From the sequence record MW394390.1: a stretch of DNA of 64,000 nt; one strand, given 5' to 3'. Under the pieces are notes generated by a model, which was not told the DNA's origin, made no database searches, and saw only the letters and a program-made list of their open reading frames with translations. Positions within the stretch are counted from its first letter, which is position 1; each line of letters begins with the position of its first letter. Shown one piece after another: positions 35,685 to 45,763 of this stretch. A program made the translations under genes and the position numbers. Source of the stretch: Klebsiella phage vB_KpM_FBKp34.

Positions 35685-37484
35685 GTGGACTATAAACATA
35701 TAAAATGGTATGGTACTGAGGTTGATCTAACAAAACAAGGTCATACAGGATGCCCTAGATGTATTTCAAAAGGCAGGGACAAAAATAAAGATAATTTAAT
35801 GGTATATGGGGAAAACTCTGAGGGCTATCATACAGGAGCTTTTTGTTTCTCTTGTCAGTTAAGTATACCAGATGAAATTTATATGATGGAAAATGATGAA
35901 GATTATGAAGAGGAGGATATATTGGGTAGTGAGTTTAACTCAGAAATTCATGAAAAACTTAAAGAAACCACTGGCCTTAAATCCAATGGTTATAGAGGGA
36001 TTAGAGATGAAATCTCAAAATTCTTCGGTGTAAGATACAAATATGATGAAACAGATGGTAAAACAGTAAAAGCTGTACTTTATCCTACAACTACTTCTTA
36101 TGAGATATCTGGTTATAAACAAAGAACACACCCCAAAAATTTCAAGTCGCCCGGACCAATCGGTGAAACTGGAAAAGAGTGTGACTTATTTGGGCAGTTT
36201 CGCTTTAAAACCTTCAGTAACACTTTGTTAATAGTTGGAGGGGAACATGATCAGTTAGCTGCATATCAAATGCTGGTTGATGCTCAGAAAAATAAGAATT
36301 ATGATCCAATTGCGGTAGTTAGTGGCACAACTGGTGAATCTTCTGTTTACAAACAGCTTCAAAACAATTATGATTTCATTAATCAGTTTAAGAAGATTGT
36401 CATCTGTATGGATGCAGATAAAGCAGGTGCTGAAGCCACTGAACGAATTCATGAAGTTTTACCGAAAGGTAAAGTCTTTGTGATGAAGATGCGTTATAAA
36501 GATCCTAATGAATACATTTATAATAAAGAAACAGGGAAATTAGTCCACAAAGAACAAGAGTTCGTCAATGATTTCTGGGCTGCTAAACCTTATACTCCAC
36601 ATGGTGTAAAAAGTGCAGCAGACGGCTTGGATGAGATTGAAGAAGAGCTAAGAAAGCCACGCATTACCCTTCCTGAATACATGCATGAAATGCAAGTAAT
36701 GATGGGTGGTGGTATGATTCAGGGTAGGATTGCAAACATTATTGCAGACACTTCTAGTGGTAAATCCACTCATGTTAACCGTATGGTTTACCATTGGATT
36801 TTCAACAGTCCGGTTACTCCAACTATTGTTAGTCTTGAAGCAACTGCTGCACAGTATATGTTGGAAATGTTATCGATTCATTTAGAAGTAAACTTACTCT
36901 GGAAAATGGCTCCAGAAGAAATTATCACGTGGTTGAAGACAGAAGAAGGACAAAGGGTTTATAGGGAGTTAGCTTATAAAGAAGATGGTCAACCACGTTT
37001 CTACATTCTTGATGAACGGGCTGGTAGTATTAAAGATTTGGAAGCAGAGTTAGAAATGCTTTATAGAAAACATGACAGCAAGCTTTTTGTCATTGATGTT
37101 CTTTCAGATTTACTTCGTGGTTCTAGTGAAGAACATGCAGAAGACCATATGAACTTTCAAAGAAATATGGCTAAGAATGGTGTTACCATTGTTAATGTTC
37201 TACACACTCGTAAACCACCACAAAACTCTGAAGGTAAGCCAAGAAAAGTCACTGAGTATGATGCATTGGGTACTGGGAGTTTTGTGCAATCAGCAGCATA
37301 TAATATCGTATTAAATAGAGATAAACTTTCAGAGGATTCTATTGAGAAAAATACCACTGAAGTAGATTTACCAAAATGCCGTGGTGGTAAGACAGGGGCT
37401 GCGGGTAAATGGTATTATGAATTTGACAAAAGCAAATGTCATGATCTAAATGACTACTTCTCGGATAAACCAGCACGGAGTTAA
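35685..37484 (+). CDS. bifunctional DNA primase/helicase (T7 gp4-like)
   Basis: 599 aa; N-terminal Zn-ribbon CPRC...CFSC, TOPRIM-like middle, helicase Walker A ADTSSGKST and DnaB-family C-terminus; GTG start after GTGAGG. Confidence 0.75.
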   Translation: MDYKHIKWYGTEVDLTKQGHTGCPRCISKGRDKNKDNLMVYGENSEGYHTGAFCFSCQLSIPDEIYMMENDEDYEEEDILGSEFNSEIHEKLKETTGLKSNGYRGIRDEISKFFGVRYKYDETDGKTVKAVLYPTTTSYEISGYKQRTHPKNFKSPGPIGETGKECDLFGQFRFKTFSNTLLIVGGEHDQLAAYQMLVDAQKNKNYDPIAVVSGTTGESSVYKQLQNNYDFINQFKKIVICMDADKAGAEATERIHEVLPKGKVFVMKMRYKDPNEYIYNKETGKLVHKEQEFVNDFWAAKPYTPHGVKSAADGLDEIEEELRKPRITLPEYMHEMQVMMGGGMIQGRIANIIADTSSGKSTHVNRMVYHWIFNSPVTPTIVSLEATAAQYMLEMLSIHLEVNLLWKMAPEEIITWLKTEEGQRVYRELAYKEDGQPRFYILDERAGSIKDLEAELEMLYRKHDSKLFVIDVLSDLLRGSSEEHAEDHMNFQRNMAKNGVTIVNVLHTRKPPQNSEGKPRKVTEYDALGTGSFVQSAAYNIVLNRDKLSEDSIEKNTTEVDLPKCRGGKTGAAGKWYYEFDKSKCHDLNDYFSDKPARS

Positions 37485-37500
37485 TTTTTAAGAGGGGAAG

Positions 37501-39717
37501 ATGAAGAAAATAGTTAACTGGAGAAAAGGTACAGTTGTAGATATTGAAACAGATGGACTTTTAGATGAATTAACAAAATGTCACGTAATGAGTTTTCAAA
37601 TGTGTGGCAAAGATAAACCTTCATCAATTGAAGGTAGTAATCTAAAAAGAATTAAGACAATGCTCCAATGGCATATCGACAATGAGATCCCAATTGTGGG
37701 CCATAACTTTATTCTGTTTGACTCCCCTGCCTTAGAAAAAATTACAGGTATGGATTTGTCTGAACTGAAGATAATTGATACTATGGCTTTAAGTTGGTAT
37801 CTTAATACCTTTAGGAAACAACATGGTCTTGACTCTTTTCATGAGGATTATGGAATCAAAAAACCAGAGATAACTGACTGGGAAAACTTAACTTACGAAG
37901 AGTATAGACATCGTTGTGAAGAAGATGTTAAGATTAACCAAGCACTATGGGATGATTTTAAAAATCGATTAACTGTGATGTATACCCTTTCAAAAGAACA
38001 AATTGATCTAGGGAATGTTGGAGGTACAAGGATGTCTCCAGATGAAGAGATCTACATTGACAGTTTAAAAGGTTTAAGCGTAGATGATCACATAGAAAGA
38101 TTTTTAACGTTCATGATGTTTAAAATGGATACATACCGTATTCAAGAGAAGGAAGGCATTCTTCTTGATAAAGTGCATATTGAAAAGAAAGAGGAAGAGT
38201 ACGCAGTTAAGGTGCAAGAATTAAAAACAGCTTTGGAATCTGTCATGCCAAAGATCGCAAAATACTCTAAGAAGAAAAAACCTGCAAAAGCCTTTAAACA
38301 AAATGGAGAATTAAGTGCTTCTGGATTAGCTTGGGAAGAGATAAAAACTCAGTACCTTGAGAAAACCACTGATGAATATGGAACAAGATTGGTTCTCTTA
38401 GGAAAAGATGAACCTACGATACTTGTTAATGGTGAAGAGAGATGCCGTCAGGTTGATGAAATAGAAGAGTTTCAAGTTTTTAAAGAGTATGAGAAACCTA
38501 ATGCCAACTCACCAGACCAAATTAAAGCTTTCCTATATGCACACGGATGGATACCAGAGACATTTAAGGAAGTAAAAGATAAGGAAGCAGAACAAGCTTG
38601 GCAGAATGAAATGAAAGCTTGGAAAGCTATCAAAGGAAGAAAGCCTAAGAAACCAGAACGCCCAGTAGCAAGACAAGTCCCTCAAGTTACAGTGCCTGGA
38701 GAAGATGGCAAAGAACTTTGTAGAAGTGTTGAACGTTTGGCTGAAGAAGTACCTGAAATCAAACTCTATTCAAACCTGAACCTTTTCAAACACCGTCATG
38801 GTGTGTTTAAAGGCTTCTTGAGAGATATGGATGAAAATGGAAGAATTAAAGCTTCTATTGGTGGTATGACAAATACCTTACGTGTTAAGCACAGAAATAT
38901 TGTGAATTTAGTTGGTGTTGATAAAATAGGTGGAGAAGATATTCGTGGATCATTAATTGCAGACCCTGGTATGGTGTTCTGTGGTAGCGATTTGAGTAGC
39001 CTTGAAGATCGAACCAAGCATCACTTCATGCTTCCACTTGATCCTGAATATGTAAACACAATGATGGCGGACGACTTTGACCCTCATCTTCTTATGGCTG
39101 TTACTGCACATTTCATCACAGAGCAAGAGATGCAGGACTACAAAGCAGGGATTAAACTACCTCATGTTGTCAAAGGTCGTAAGTTAGGTAAATCAACAAA
39201 CTACTCCGCAGTATATGGTGCAGGTGCCCCTAAGATTGCTTTAACAGCAGGTGTTGATGACGAGACAGGTCGATTGTTGCACACTTCCTACTGGAAACTG
39301 AACTGGAGTGTTCAGGCTATTGCAGAGGAACAAGTAATTATTGAACTCAGCCAAGATAATGATGAATATTCTGGTTGGCATAAGATGTGGCTCATTAACC
39401 CCATTAATGGATTCTTGTATAGTCTCCGTGCTAAGAAAGATGTATTCAGTACATTGTGTCAAGGTTCTGGTTCATTCTTCTTTGATATGTGGTTGAAAAA
39501 TGTATTACGTCGTCAGAAAGAGACTTTTGGTGTTCAAAAAGTTCAATTACAGATGCATGATGAATTAGCATTCTGCTTTAAGGATACTGAAAAACTTCGT
39601 GAGAAATTCTATCATATCGTTAAAGAAGCTATTTATGATGTTAATAAAGAATTTAAATTACGTAGGCCATTAGATAATGATATTCAATTTGGGTATGCTT
39701 ATTCAGATATACACTAA
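37501..39717 (+). CDS. family-A DNA polymerase with 3'-5' exonuclease (T7 gp5-like)
   Basis: 738 aa; Exo I VVDIETDGL; pol motif B KLGKSTNYSAVYGAG; motif C LQMHDELAF. Confidence 0.8.
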   Translation: MKKIVNWRKGTVVDIETDGLLDELTKCHVMSFQMCGKDKPSSIEGSNLKRIKTMLQWHIDNEIPIVGHNFILFDSPALEKITGMDLSELKIIDTMALSWYLNTFRKQHGLDSFHEDYGIKKPEITDWENLTYEEYRHRCEEDVKINQALWDDFKNRLTVMYTLSKEQIDLGNVGGTRMSPDEEIYIDSLKGLSVDDHIERFLTFMMFKMDTYRIQEKEGILLDKVHIEKKEEEYAVKVQELKTALESVMPKIAKYSKKKKPAKAFKQNGELSASGLAWEEIKTQYLEKTTDEYGTRLVLLGKDEPTILVNGEERCRQVDEIEEFQVFKEYEKPNANSPDQIKAFLYAHGWIPETFKEVKDKEAEQAWQNEMKAWKAIKGRKPKKPERPVARQVPQVTVPGEDGKELCRSVERLAEEVPEIKLYSNLNLFKHRHGVFKGFLRDMDENGRIKASIGGMTNTLRVKHRNIVNLVGVDKIGGEDIRGSLIADPGMVFCGSDLSSLEDRTKHHFMLPLDPEYVNTMMADDFDPHLLMAVTAHFITEQEMQDYKAGIKLPHVVKGRKLGKSTNYSAVYGAGAPKIALTAGVDDETGRLLHTSYWKLNWSVQAIAEEQVIIELSQDNDEYSGWHKMWLINPINGFLYSLRAKKDVFSTLCQGSGSFFFDMWLKNVLRRQKETFGVQKVQLQMHDELAFCFKDTEKLREKFYHIVKEAIYDVNKEFKLRRPLDNDIQFGYAYSDIH

Positions 39718-39724
39718 TTATTTA

Positions 39725-39754
39725 TTGACTTACTTCATAGAAATGTTGTAATAT
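39725..39754 (+). promoter_or_regulatory. sigma70-like promoter TTGACT-N18-TAATAT upstream of ssb
   Basis: TTGACT at 39725-39730, TAATAT at 39749-39754; transcript would start at the conserved hairpin. Confidence 0.4.
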
Positions 39755-39759
39755 AACCA

Positions 39760-39776
39760 AGCCAGTTAATCTGGCT
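39760..39776 (+). promoter_or_regulatory. conserved stem-loop AGCCAG-TTAAT-CTGGCT (5'-UTR or processing element)
   Basis: near-identical to the hairpin at 15938-15957; lies between the promoter and the strong RBS AAGAGGAGA of ssb. Confidence 0.45.
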
Positions 39777-39809
39777 ATTTCCTAAAACTAAAAGAGGAGA
39801 CTCAAATTT

Positions 39810-40670
39810 ATGTCTATTATTACTACTGTAGTTAACCCTGTAGATGATTCTGAAGTAACCCTGGCTACTGGCCTTGTAAAACGTATTCTGTTTAAAGATG
39901 CAAGTGCAGCACAGAAGAAATATGACACTACTCACAATGCCTCTATTATCCTAGCTGCTCAAGGTGAAGATGATGTTTTCGTAAACCTCTCTCTTAAAAT
40001 TAAAGATGGGCAAGAGCCTCAGATTCGTTATGCTGAAGGTAAGAAAGGTAGTGAAACTTGGCACACTCTTAATGCTGGAGATGAAGTTAAAATCCAGATG
40101 AAAGACGTCAATAAAGTAGGTGATAAAACTTATTATCAGACTTCTGTTTCTCGTATTAAAGTTACTAAGCGTAATGAGAATGCAGGTAGTCAAAATGAGG
40201 CACCTAAATCAAGCGTAGGGCAGAGTTCTTATAAGAAACGTGATATGACAGGGATGGAGACTGGACACGCTCTGAATGGTGCTCTGGAGCTTGTACGTGG
40301 TGGTTCTGTTGTGCATGATGAAGTAGAACTAGCTAAACTGGTTCATCAGATTACTGTAGATCTGAAAGCAGAAGTTGCAAAAGAGAAAGGAGTAGATGTT
40401 TCTGATTATGACATCGGTGCTTCTGTAGGTCATGCTGTTCTGAATGCTTGTCGTAATTTCCAAGGTGGTCAGATTGACAAAGATGAACTGATTGCAGAAG
40501 CTAAACGTATTCTGGCTATCGCAGAAGAAGTAACTAAATTTATTAAAGGTGAAGTTAAAGAAGAAACTAAAGTTGTAAAACCAAAAGTAAAGAAAGAAGT
40601 TAAAAAGGAAGACCCGGCAGAACAACTTGCTGAACCGCCAATGGACTTCGACGACGACATTCCGTTCTGA
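39810..40670 (+). CDS. ssb: single-stranded DNA-binding protein with host-SSB-like acidic C-terminal tail
   Basis: 286 aa; C-terminus AEPPMDFDDDIPF is identical in its last 9 residues to gamma-proteobacterial SSB tips; acidic linker; sits beside the replisome genes. Confidence 0.6.
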   Translation: MSIITTVVNPVDDSEVTLATGLVKRILFKDASAAQKKYDTTHNASIILAAQGEDDVFVNLSLKIKDGQEPQIRYAEGKKGSETWHTLNAGDEVKIQMKDVNKVGDKTYYQTSVSRIKVTKRNENAGSQNEAPKSSVGQSSYKKRDMTGMETGHALNGALELVRGGSVVHDEVELAKLVHQITVDLKAEVAKEKGVDVSDYDIGASVGHAVLNACRNFQGGQIDKDELIAEAKRILAIAEEVTKFIKGEVKEETKVVKPKVKKEVKKEDPAEQLAEPPMDFDDDIPF

Positions 40671-40802
40671 TGAAAATTCTTTAGTATAGGGTATAAAAAT
40701 GACTATTGAAGACCAAAGTGGAAAAGGATTAGCAGCAGAGAACGGCGGCGGTTTCGAATGTAGAGTTTCGCTATAGATGTATTCATAAATAATTAAAGTA
40801 AT

Positions 40803-40827
40803 AAAAAGGGCCTTTCGGCCCTTTTTC
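40803..40827. terminator. bidirectional rho-independent terminator between convergent ssb and tailspike genes
   Basis: AAAGGGCCTTTCGGCCCTTT with T/A tracts on both sides. Confidence 0.65.
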
Positions 40828-40831
40828 CTTA

Positions 40832-43800
40832 TCACTCCCCGCCCGCGATAGCGGCTTCTATTCTCTCCAACCTTCTGCGCTGATACGCAGCCTCCATAGC
40901 ATTACATTCATTCATAACAAGCCGCCATTCACCTCCTGCTGGTATCGCTTCTTTGGTAACTCGCGATCCTGCCGGGCGCACAAGGACCTGCATCTCATCA
41001 GAGATCTTAACCCCCTGCTCATCGTACTGCGCCGGAATGGTTTCGTACTCATCGTCCCATGACTCCACCTGCTCAGGCTGGGCGTCCCATTCATTGCGTA
41101 CAAGCAACGCCCATTCGGTAGCGTCCTCCCCTGCGGCTTCGAATGCTTCAATAATGTCCTGAGCAATATAGCCCACATGCCAGCGCGCACTATCTTCCCC
41201 CTTCCTAGCAATAGCCCAGTCATACTTAAACCGCTTGATACTGATTGTTCCCCAGATATCAAGGATCTTATCCGGTATCCCTTCCCGTACAGGCTTACGG
41301 TCGCGGTCTGAAACAACAGTTACCGCATTCTGGGCGTAGATGTTTTTGACCGTATTACCCGGGGAGCCTATATCCCAGGTATTTGTCGCGCTGAAACCAA
41401 TATTCCCACCGAAGACAAGAGCCGAGGCGTTAAGACCAAGTGAGGTTCCGTATGCGTTTATATCGGCGGATTTAGTGGTGGCACCTCCGACATAAAATTC
41501 AACGGTACGTGTACTTGTCGACCCAGCGTTATACCCGAAGCGCATTGTAGTACCACGCAGGGTGAAACTGCCGTTTGCTGTCAAGGCGTCTGCGGTGTAG
41601 TCTCGGCGATAAGTACGCGCTGTTAGTGTCCGCTGGTTGATATTCAGAGTATCGCCAACAGCTCCAACAACCGCATCAAGGACGTACTGCCCGCTAAGAG
41701 TTCCATCAGTTTTCAGGTTACGCTTATGGATACGGGTTTCACCAGTATATCCAGTGGACGAACCTCCGGTAATATTCAGAGGAACCCCCATGAAAACGTA
41801 TGGCTTATATGCAGCTGGTACGTCTACGGTTGTCCGACTATTAGTGGAGTCAACCTCAACAACATTTACGGTAAACTCCTTGGCGAAGAAGGAACCAATA
41901 CTATTACCACCTTTGATGATTAACGGCAGATTCGTAAAGCCATAATCCTCGTAAACAGTGGTTGCGAACTTGTAATTTGTGTTCGCCCGCTGGTGTGCCG
42001 TCCAGGGGTAAATGACATCCTCGGGCATGAAGATACCACCACCAACCTTTTTGAACAGGTTATATTTAAACCCGTTACTTGGATTGACGTGGCCCCATAC
42101 ACATAAGTCTGACGTCTCAGGACGATAATCCAGTCCGACAGGGAATACCGGAATACCACCAGTGAACGCCTGAACGGCCTTGAGAATAATGGGAGTGGTG
42201 TCAGGGATAGTAAACTGCAACGACTGCTGACTACCCGCTGTACCTACACCGTCATTGTTGTTCCATTTCAAGTTCTGGATAATCGCCATCTTATAGCCAT
42301 TACCATAATCAATGGCCATTTCCGCGCGGGCAAAGAACAGGTTCTGGTTGTACCCGGCATCTGCGGAATTCTGGTCAATGTTGGCATTAGTCCAGATAGC
42401 GATGTTGGACAGGTCAAAACTTCCGGTCAGGTCTTTGTACCAGATACAGATATTACTGTGCATCGCAGGCGACAAAACTGGCAGTTGCAGGATGCCATTC
42501 GCCGCCATCAACCCATACGGAGAGAACATCTCCTTGGTGGTTTTGTGCCCGCGCATACTATCCACATCTGGCGGATTTGGATAAGTGGTGTTTGTGCTGT
42601 ACATCACACCATAGGTGCCGTATTTGAAGTCAAACCCGCCATGTGGGAATGCGCCAGTATCGTGTGTCGGACTACCGAAGCGAACGAAGTCAATGCCGTT
42701 GGTTGACGGGTACGAACCGTATCCGGCTGGCGGCACCCAGTTCTCATTAGCATCATAATACCCAAATGCGCCTGGCTCGAAAGTCAGGTACTTATAGGTT
42801 CGGTCAGGACGATACTGTGAACCGATACAGTCGATATTTAAACCGAAACCTTTCTCGTTGCCATCGTTCCACCACTTGTTAAGGATTGTAACGTAGGACG
42901 GGGTGTCTTCCATATAACAAGCCGAATAGACGGAACCACGAGCGGCGGTAGCGATGACGGATTTGTTCGGTTTGCGTTCAGTCGGGTTGTACGCCGGGAT
43001 ACTGAGATATGTCCCTGAACAATGGAAACCATGTCCAGTTTCGATCAAGTAATAATCACATTGCTGACCGCTTACGGATGATGTCCAACGCCCGTTATTA
43101 GAGATCGTTCCGCCAATCCACTGACACCAGTCGATGTGCAATCGAACACAACAGTAACGCGCCGTGCTGATATATAGATTTTTGAAGACACACCCGTAGA
43201 AGTTGCCAATCTTCTCTGGGAGAACACTAGATTTGTATGGGATGATATCGCTGGACATCACGCCATCTTCATCAATACGGACCTGCATCCCGACTAGGTT
43301 GACACGGAAATTTTCTACGCGGATGTCTTCAAAAGAACAGTACCACGGGTTAAGTGCCAGTATACCGATACCAGCAGTACAATCAGCATCCAGCGTACCA
43401 GGTACATGGTCGCCAATAATCTTCCCACCAGTCATCTGTGTGAAGCCCAGACTTACCGATTCCCAGTAGAGCTTGTTTCCGAGCGCCGTGTACACCTCTT
43501 CCACGTCTTCTACAGAGTGCTCAAATCCGTTAAGGTACTCACCAGTAACCTGGAATTTACGGGAGGCGCTGGCCTTGACGTAAATCGTGGACGCGCCGAG
43601 ATTGTAGATGACGTTGGAACGTAGCTTCGCAGCCTCTTTCCCGATACGCCACAACCCAGATGAAATATTGAACGTGATTACAGAGTAGGTGCTCTGGTCA
43701 TTGATGTTATTACCGGGCTGCATCCACAGCGGGAGTACGCTGATGATGCCGTTAACTGCCTGCCCTAAGCATACAAAATCATCAGTATCAGCTTGTGCCT

Positions 43801-44434
43801 CAGCATAGTCCGCGACTTCCTTGGCGCCGTTGGCTTTGGGGCTGATAATACCCATACCGACACCTACCTGAAGCTGGTATTCAACACCATTGGCGTTATA
43901 GATTTTTGCTTCAGTGATGACGTGAGTTCCGGCTTTTGAGGCGTCAGTGTTTCCAGTGGCTACCCATATGCCATCCCCGCCATCATTAGGTGTATAAAAA
44001 CCTCTTACACGTATTTCATCAAAAATACTAGGTAATGTAAAAATATCTATCGCAGAATCCACAGTAAACGTATAAGGAAACGAATAAAGTTTCCAGTTTG
44101 CGTCCCCTACTGGGGTATCTCCCATCAAAATTGGATTTGTGGCTGTGGCTGTAGGTGCATAATACCAACCTTTATTGATATTATCTGTGTCATAAACATA
44201 GAGTTGGTTAAAGACTGTATTAGTATTTCCTGGATTCCATTGAATCGGATTTTTGAAATAAAAATTATCAATTAAAGCTTTTCTTAATGTAGGGATATCA
44301 CCGCTCTCGGTGCTTACAACTGAAGTTGCATCCCCATTAATTACATCCCCAAGCTGGTTACTGGAGTATATTGTAAGATCTACAGCTTGGTCAAATGACG
44401 TAGCAGGGTATTGTGGAAAATTATCTGCCATCAT
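40832..44434 (-). CDS. tailspike/tail-fibre protein with beta-helix-like middle and C-terminal S74 intramolecular-chaperone domain
   Basis: 1200 aa; C-terminal VVSDRDRKPVREG...FKYDWAIARKGEDSARWHVGYIAQDIIEAF matches the endosialidase-type auto-cleaving chaperone; N-terminal 150 aa is AT-rich, the rest about 55% GC. Confidence 0.7.
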   Translation of the reverse strand: MMADNFPQYPATSFDQAVDLTIYSSNQLGDVINGDATSVVSTESGDIPTLRKALIDNFYFKNPIQWNPGNTNTVFNQLYVYDTDNINKGWYYAPTATATNPILMGDTPVGDANWKLYSFPYTFTVDSAIDIFTLPSIFDEIRVRGFYTPNDGGDGIWVATGNTDASKAGTHVITEAKIYNANGVEYQLQVGVGMGIISPKANGAKEVADYAEAQADTDDFVCLGQAVNGIISVLPLWMQPGNNINDQSTYSVITFNISSGLWRIGKEAAKLRSNVIYNLGASTIYVKASASRKFQVTGEYLNGFEHSVEDVEEVYTALGNKLYWESVSLGFTQMTGGKIIGDHVPGTLDADCTAGIGILALNPWYCSFEDIRVENFRVNLVGMQVRIDEDGVMSSDIIPYKSSVLPEKIGNFYGCVFKNLYISTARYCCVRLHIDWCQWIGGTISNNGRWTSSVSGQQCDYYLIETGHGFHCSGTYLSIPAYNPTERKPNKSVIATAARGSVYSACYMEDTPSYVTILNKWWNDGNEKGFGLNIDCIGSQYRPDRTYKYLTFEPGAFGYYDANENWVPPAGYGSYPSTNGIDFVRFGSPTHDTGAFPHGGFDFKYGTYGVMYSTNTTYPNPPDVDSMRGHKTTKEMFSPYGLMAANGILQLPVLSPAMHSNICIWYKDLTGSFDLSNIAIWTNANIDQNSADAGYNQNLFFARAEMAIDYGNGYKMAIIQNLKWNNNDGVGTAGSQQSLQFTIPDTTPIILKAVQAFTGGIPVFPVGLDYRPETSDLCVWGHVNPSNGFKYNLFKKVGGGIFMPEDVIYPWTAHQRANTNYKFATTVYEDYGFTNLPLIIKGGNSIGSFFAKEFTVNVVEVDSTNSRTTVDVPAAYKPYVFMGVPLNITGGSSTGYTGETRIHKRNLKTDGTLSGQYVLDAVVGAVGDTLNINQRTLTARTYRRDYTADALTANGSFTLRGTTMRFGYNAGSTSTRTVEFYVGGATTKSADINAYGTSLGLNASALVFGGNIGFSATNTWDIGSPGNTVKNIYAQNAVTVVSDRDRKPVREGIPDKILDIWGTISIKRFKYDWAIARKGEDSARWHVGYIAQDIIEAFEAAGEDATEWALLVRNEWDAQPEQVESWDDEYETIPAQYDEQGVKISDEMQVLVRPAGSRVTKEAIPAGGEWRLVMNECNAMEAAYQRRRLERIEAAIAGGE

Positions 44435-44916
44435 ATCTCCTTAAAGTGTGAGGCAATAGCAAGTATGTAGTTACATGCTGCAAAAGTTAGCCAAAAATTT
44501 GTTCTTTTATCTATTCTTTTTAATACAGTCAAAAGATAGGTAATTAAAATCTCGTTTGCATAAGCAGAAGAATGTTTACAAAACACGTAAAGATAATAAC
44601 TTAATGAATCATCTCTTTGTATAAAGAAATCAATTGCAAGTATAAACATTGGATTTAATAATGTGAGGGTTACAGCAAAAGAAAATACCAATCTTAGTCT
44701 AATATCTTTTACAAAAGGTAATCCTATAAACATTAAAATCATTTCTACAAATGTTATACTAATTAAATACTCAATGGGTGAAACTAATAAATCATAAAGT
44801 ATAGTGTCAAACAGGTAGTCGAGACACAAAATGATAAAAACAATTTTAATATTTGTATCTTTAATCAAAAAGATCCCTAAGAGGTATATTAGAAGATACT
44901 GTTCATACAATAACAT
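44431..44916 (-). CDS. multi-pass membrane protein
   Basis: 161 aa; at least 4 predicted TM helices; ATGA overlap with the tailspike gene. Confidence 0.45.
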   Translation of the reverse strand: MLLYEQYLLIYLLGIFLIKDTNIKIVFIILCLDYLFDTILYDLLVSPIEYLISITFVEMILMFIGLPFVKDIRLRLVFSFAVTLTLLNPMFILAIDFFIQRDDSLSYYLYVFCKHSSAYANEILITYLLTVLKRIDKRTNFWLTFAACNYILAIASHFKEI

Positions 44917-44945
44917 CTTACCTCCTAGTTATTCTACATGAAAAA

Positions 44946-45284
44946 TCACTTTTTATCAATAAGTTTAGATAACATATCCTTGACAGGACCAATTTTTAGG
45001 TCCATAGTTTTCTCGATTCTTGTTTCCAACGTATTATTACTTTTTTCTAGATTCATTAAAAATTCTTGGAATAGATCACGCATTTGGTCTTGAGTTACAA
45101 ATGAGGATTCCATCTTAATAATTTTCTTTTCCAAGTCTGAATTTGCCATATTAAGCTTTTCAATATCTGAATCCATTCGAGACAACTTTTGTTGAAATAT
45201 TGCATAGATTAAACCTAATACAGGGAAGACTGCTACTTTAACAATATCCCAAAGAATAGGCCAAGATAACATATTAACCTCCAA
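44946..45284 (-). CDS. type-II membrane protein with coiled coil (i-spanin-like topology?)
   Basis: 112 aa; N-terminal TM (VAVFPVLGLIYAIF) then a heptad-rich helical region. Confidence 0.3.
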   Translation of the reverse strand: MEVNMLSWPILWDIVKVAVFPVLGLIYAIFQQKLSRMDSDIEKLNMANSDLEKKIIKMESSFVTQDQMRDLFQEFLMNLEKSNNTLETRIEKTMDLKIGPVKDMLSKLIDKK

Positions 45285-45762
45285 TGTTTTCTGTCAGAAC
45301 AGGAGGATCAATGCTACCATCCCCAGTTGATATATAAGATCTTAATTTTTTCCTGTAGTCTGTAAGTGAAGATTTAGCAGTTTGCAATTCTTCTTCACTT
45401 AGTTCTTCAAAATCCTGATCTTGTAATCTGTCAACATAATCTTGAATAGTTTTAGACACAGATTCATACTGCTCTTGAGCTTTATTAAGATTTGCTTTAT
45501 TCTTTATTTTCTTTTCTGCTTCAATCTGTTCAGTGCTTTGAGTCCATTTTAAACTATCTTTGTTGAAGGAGTAATATGGACTGGGTTTTGCTGTATCAGA
45601 TAGAGTTATGTCATTACCTTCAATCATTGCAAAAAAGCCTTGATTAATTTTATCTAAAGTGTCTAACCATACAATCTCATCAATAGTGATGACATCTGTA
45701 GGCAGCGATACATACTCTAAAGTTTCATCATAAAAAGCTTGAGTTTTTTCACTAAATAACAT
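45274..45762 (-). CDS. tail-fibre-associated protein (assembly chaperone?)
   Basis: 162-aa ORF immediately downstream of the tail-fibre gene. Confidence 0.3.
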   Translation of the reverse strand: MLFSEKTQAFYDETLEYVSLPTDVITIDEIVWLDTLDKINQGFFAMIEGNDITLSDTAKPSPYYSFNKDSLKWTQSTEQIEAEKKIKNKANLNKAQEQYESVSKTIQDYVDRLQDQDFEELSEEELQTAKSSLTDYRKKLRSYISTGDGSIDPPVLTENIGG

Positions 45763-45763
45763 A

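Noticed and set aside
40912-43624. Multiple predicted ORFs (134, 102, 90, 88, 82, 79, 72, 69, 65, 64 aa) overlapping or antisense to the tailspike gene
   Set aside because: They fall entirely within the GC-rich part of the 1200-aa tailspike CDS. High GC suppresses stop codons in all frames. The translations are low-complexity (Arg/Ser/Pro-rich), and none has an RBS.
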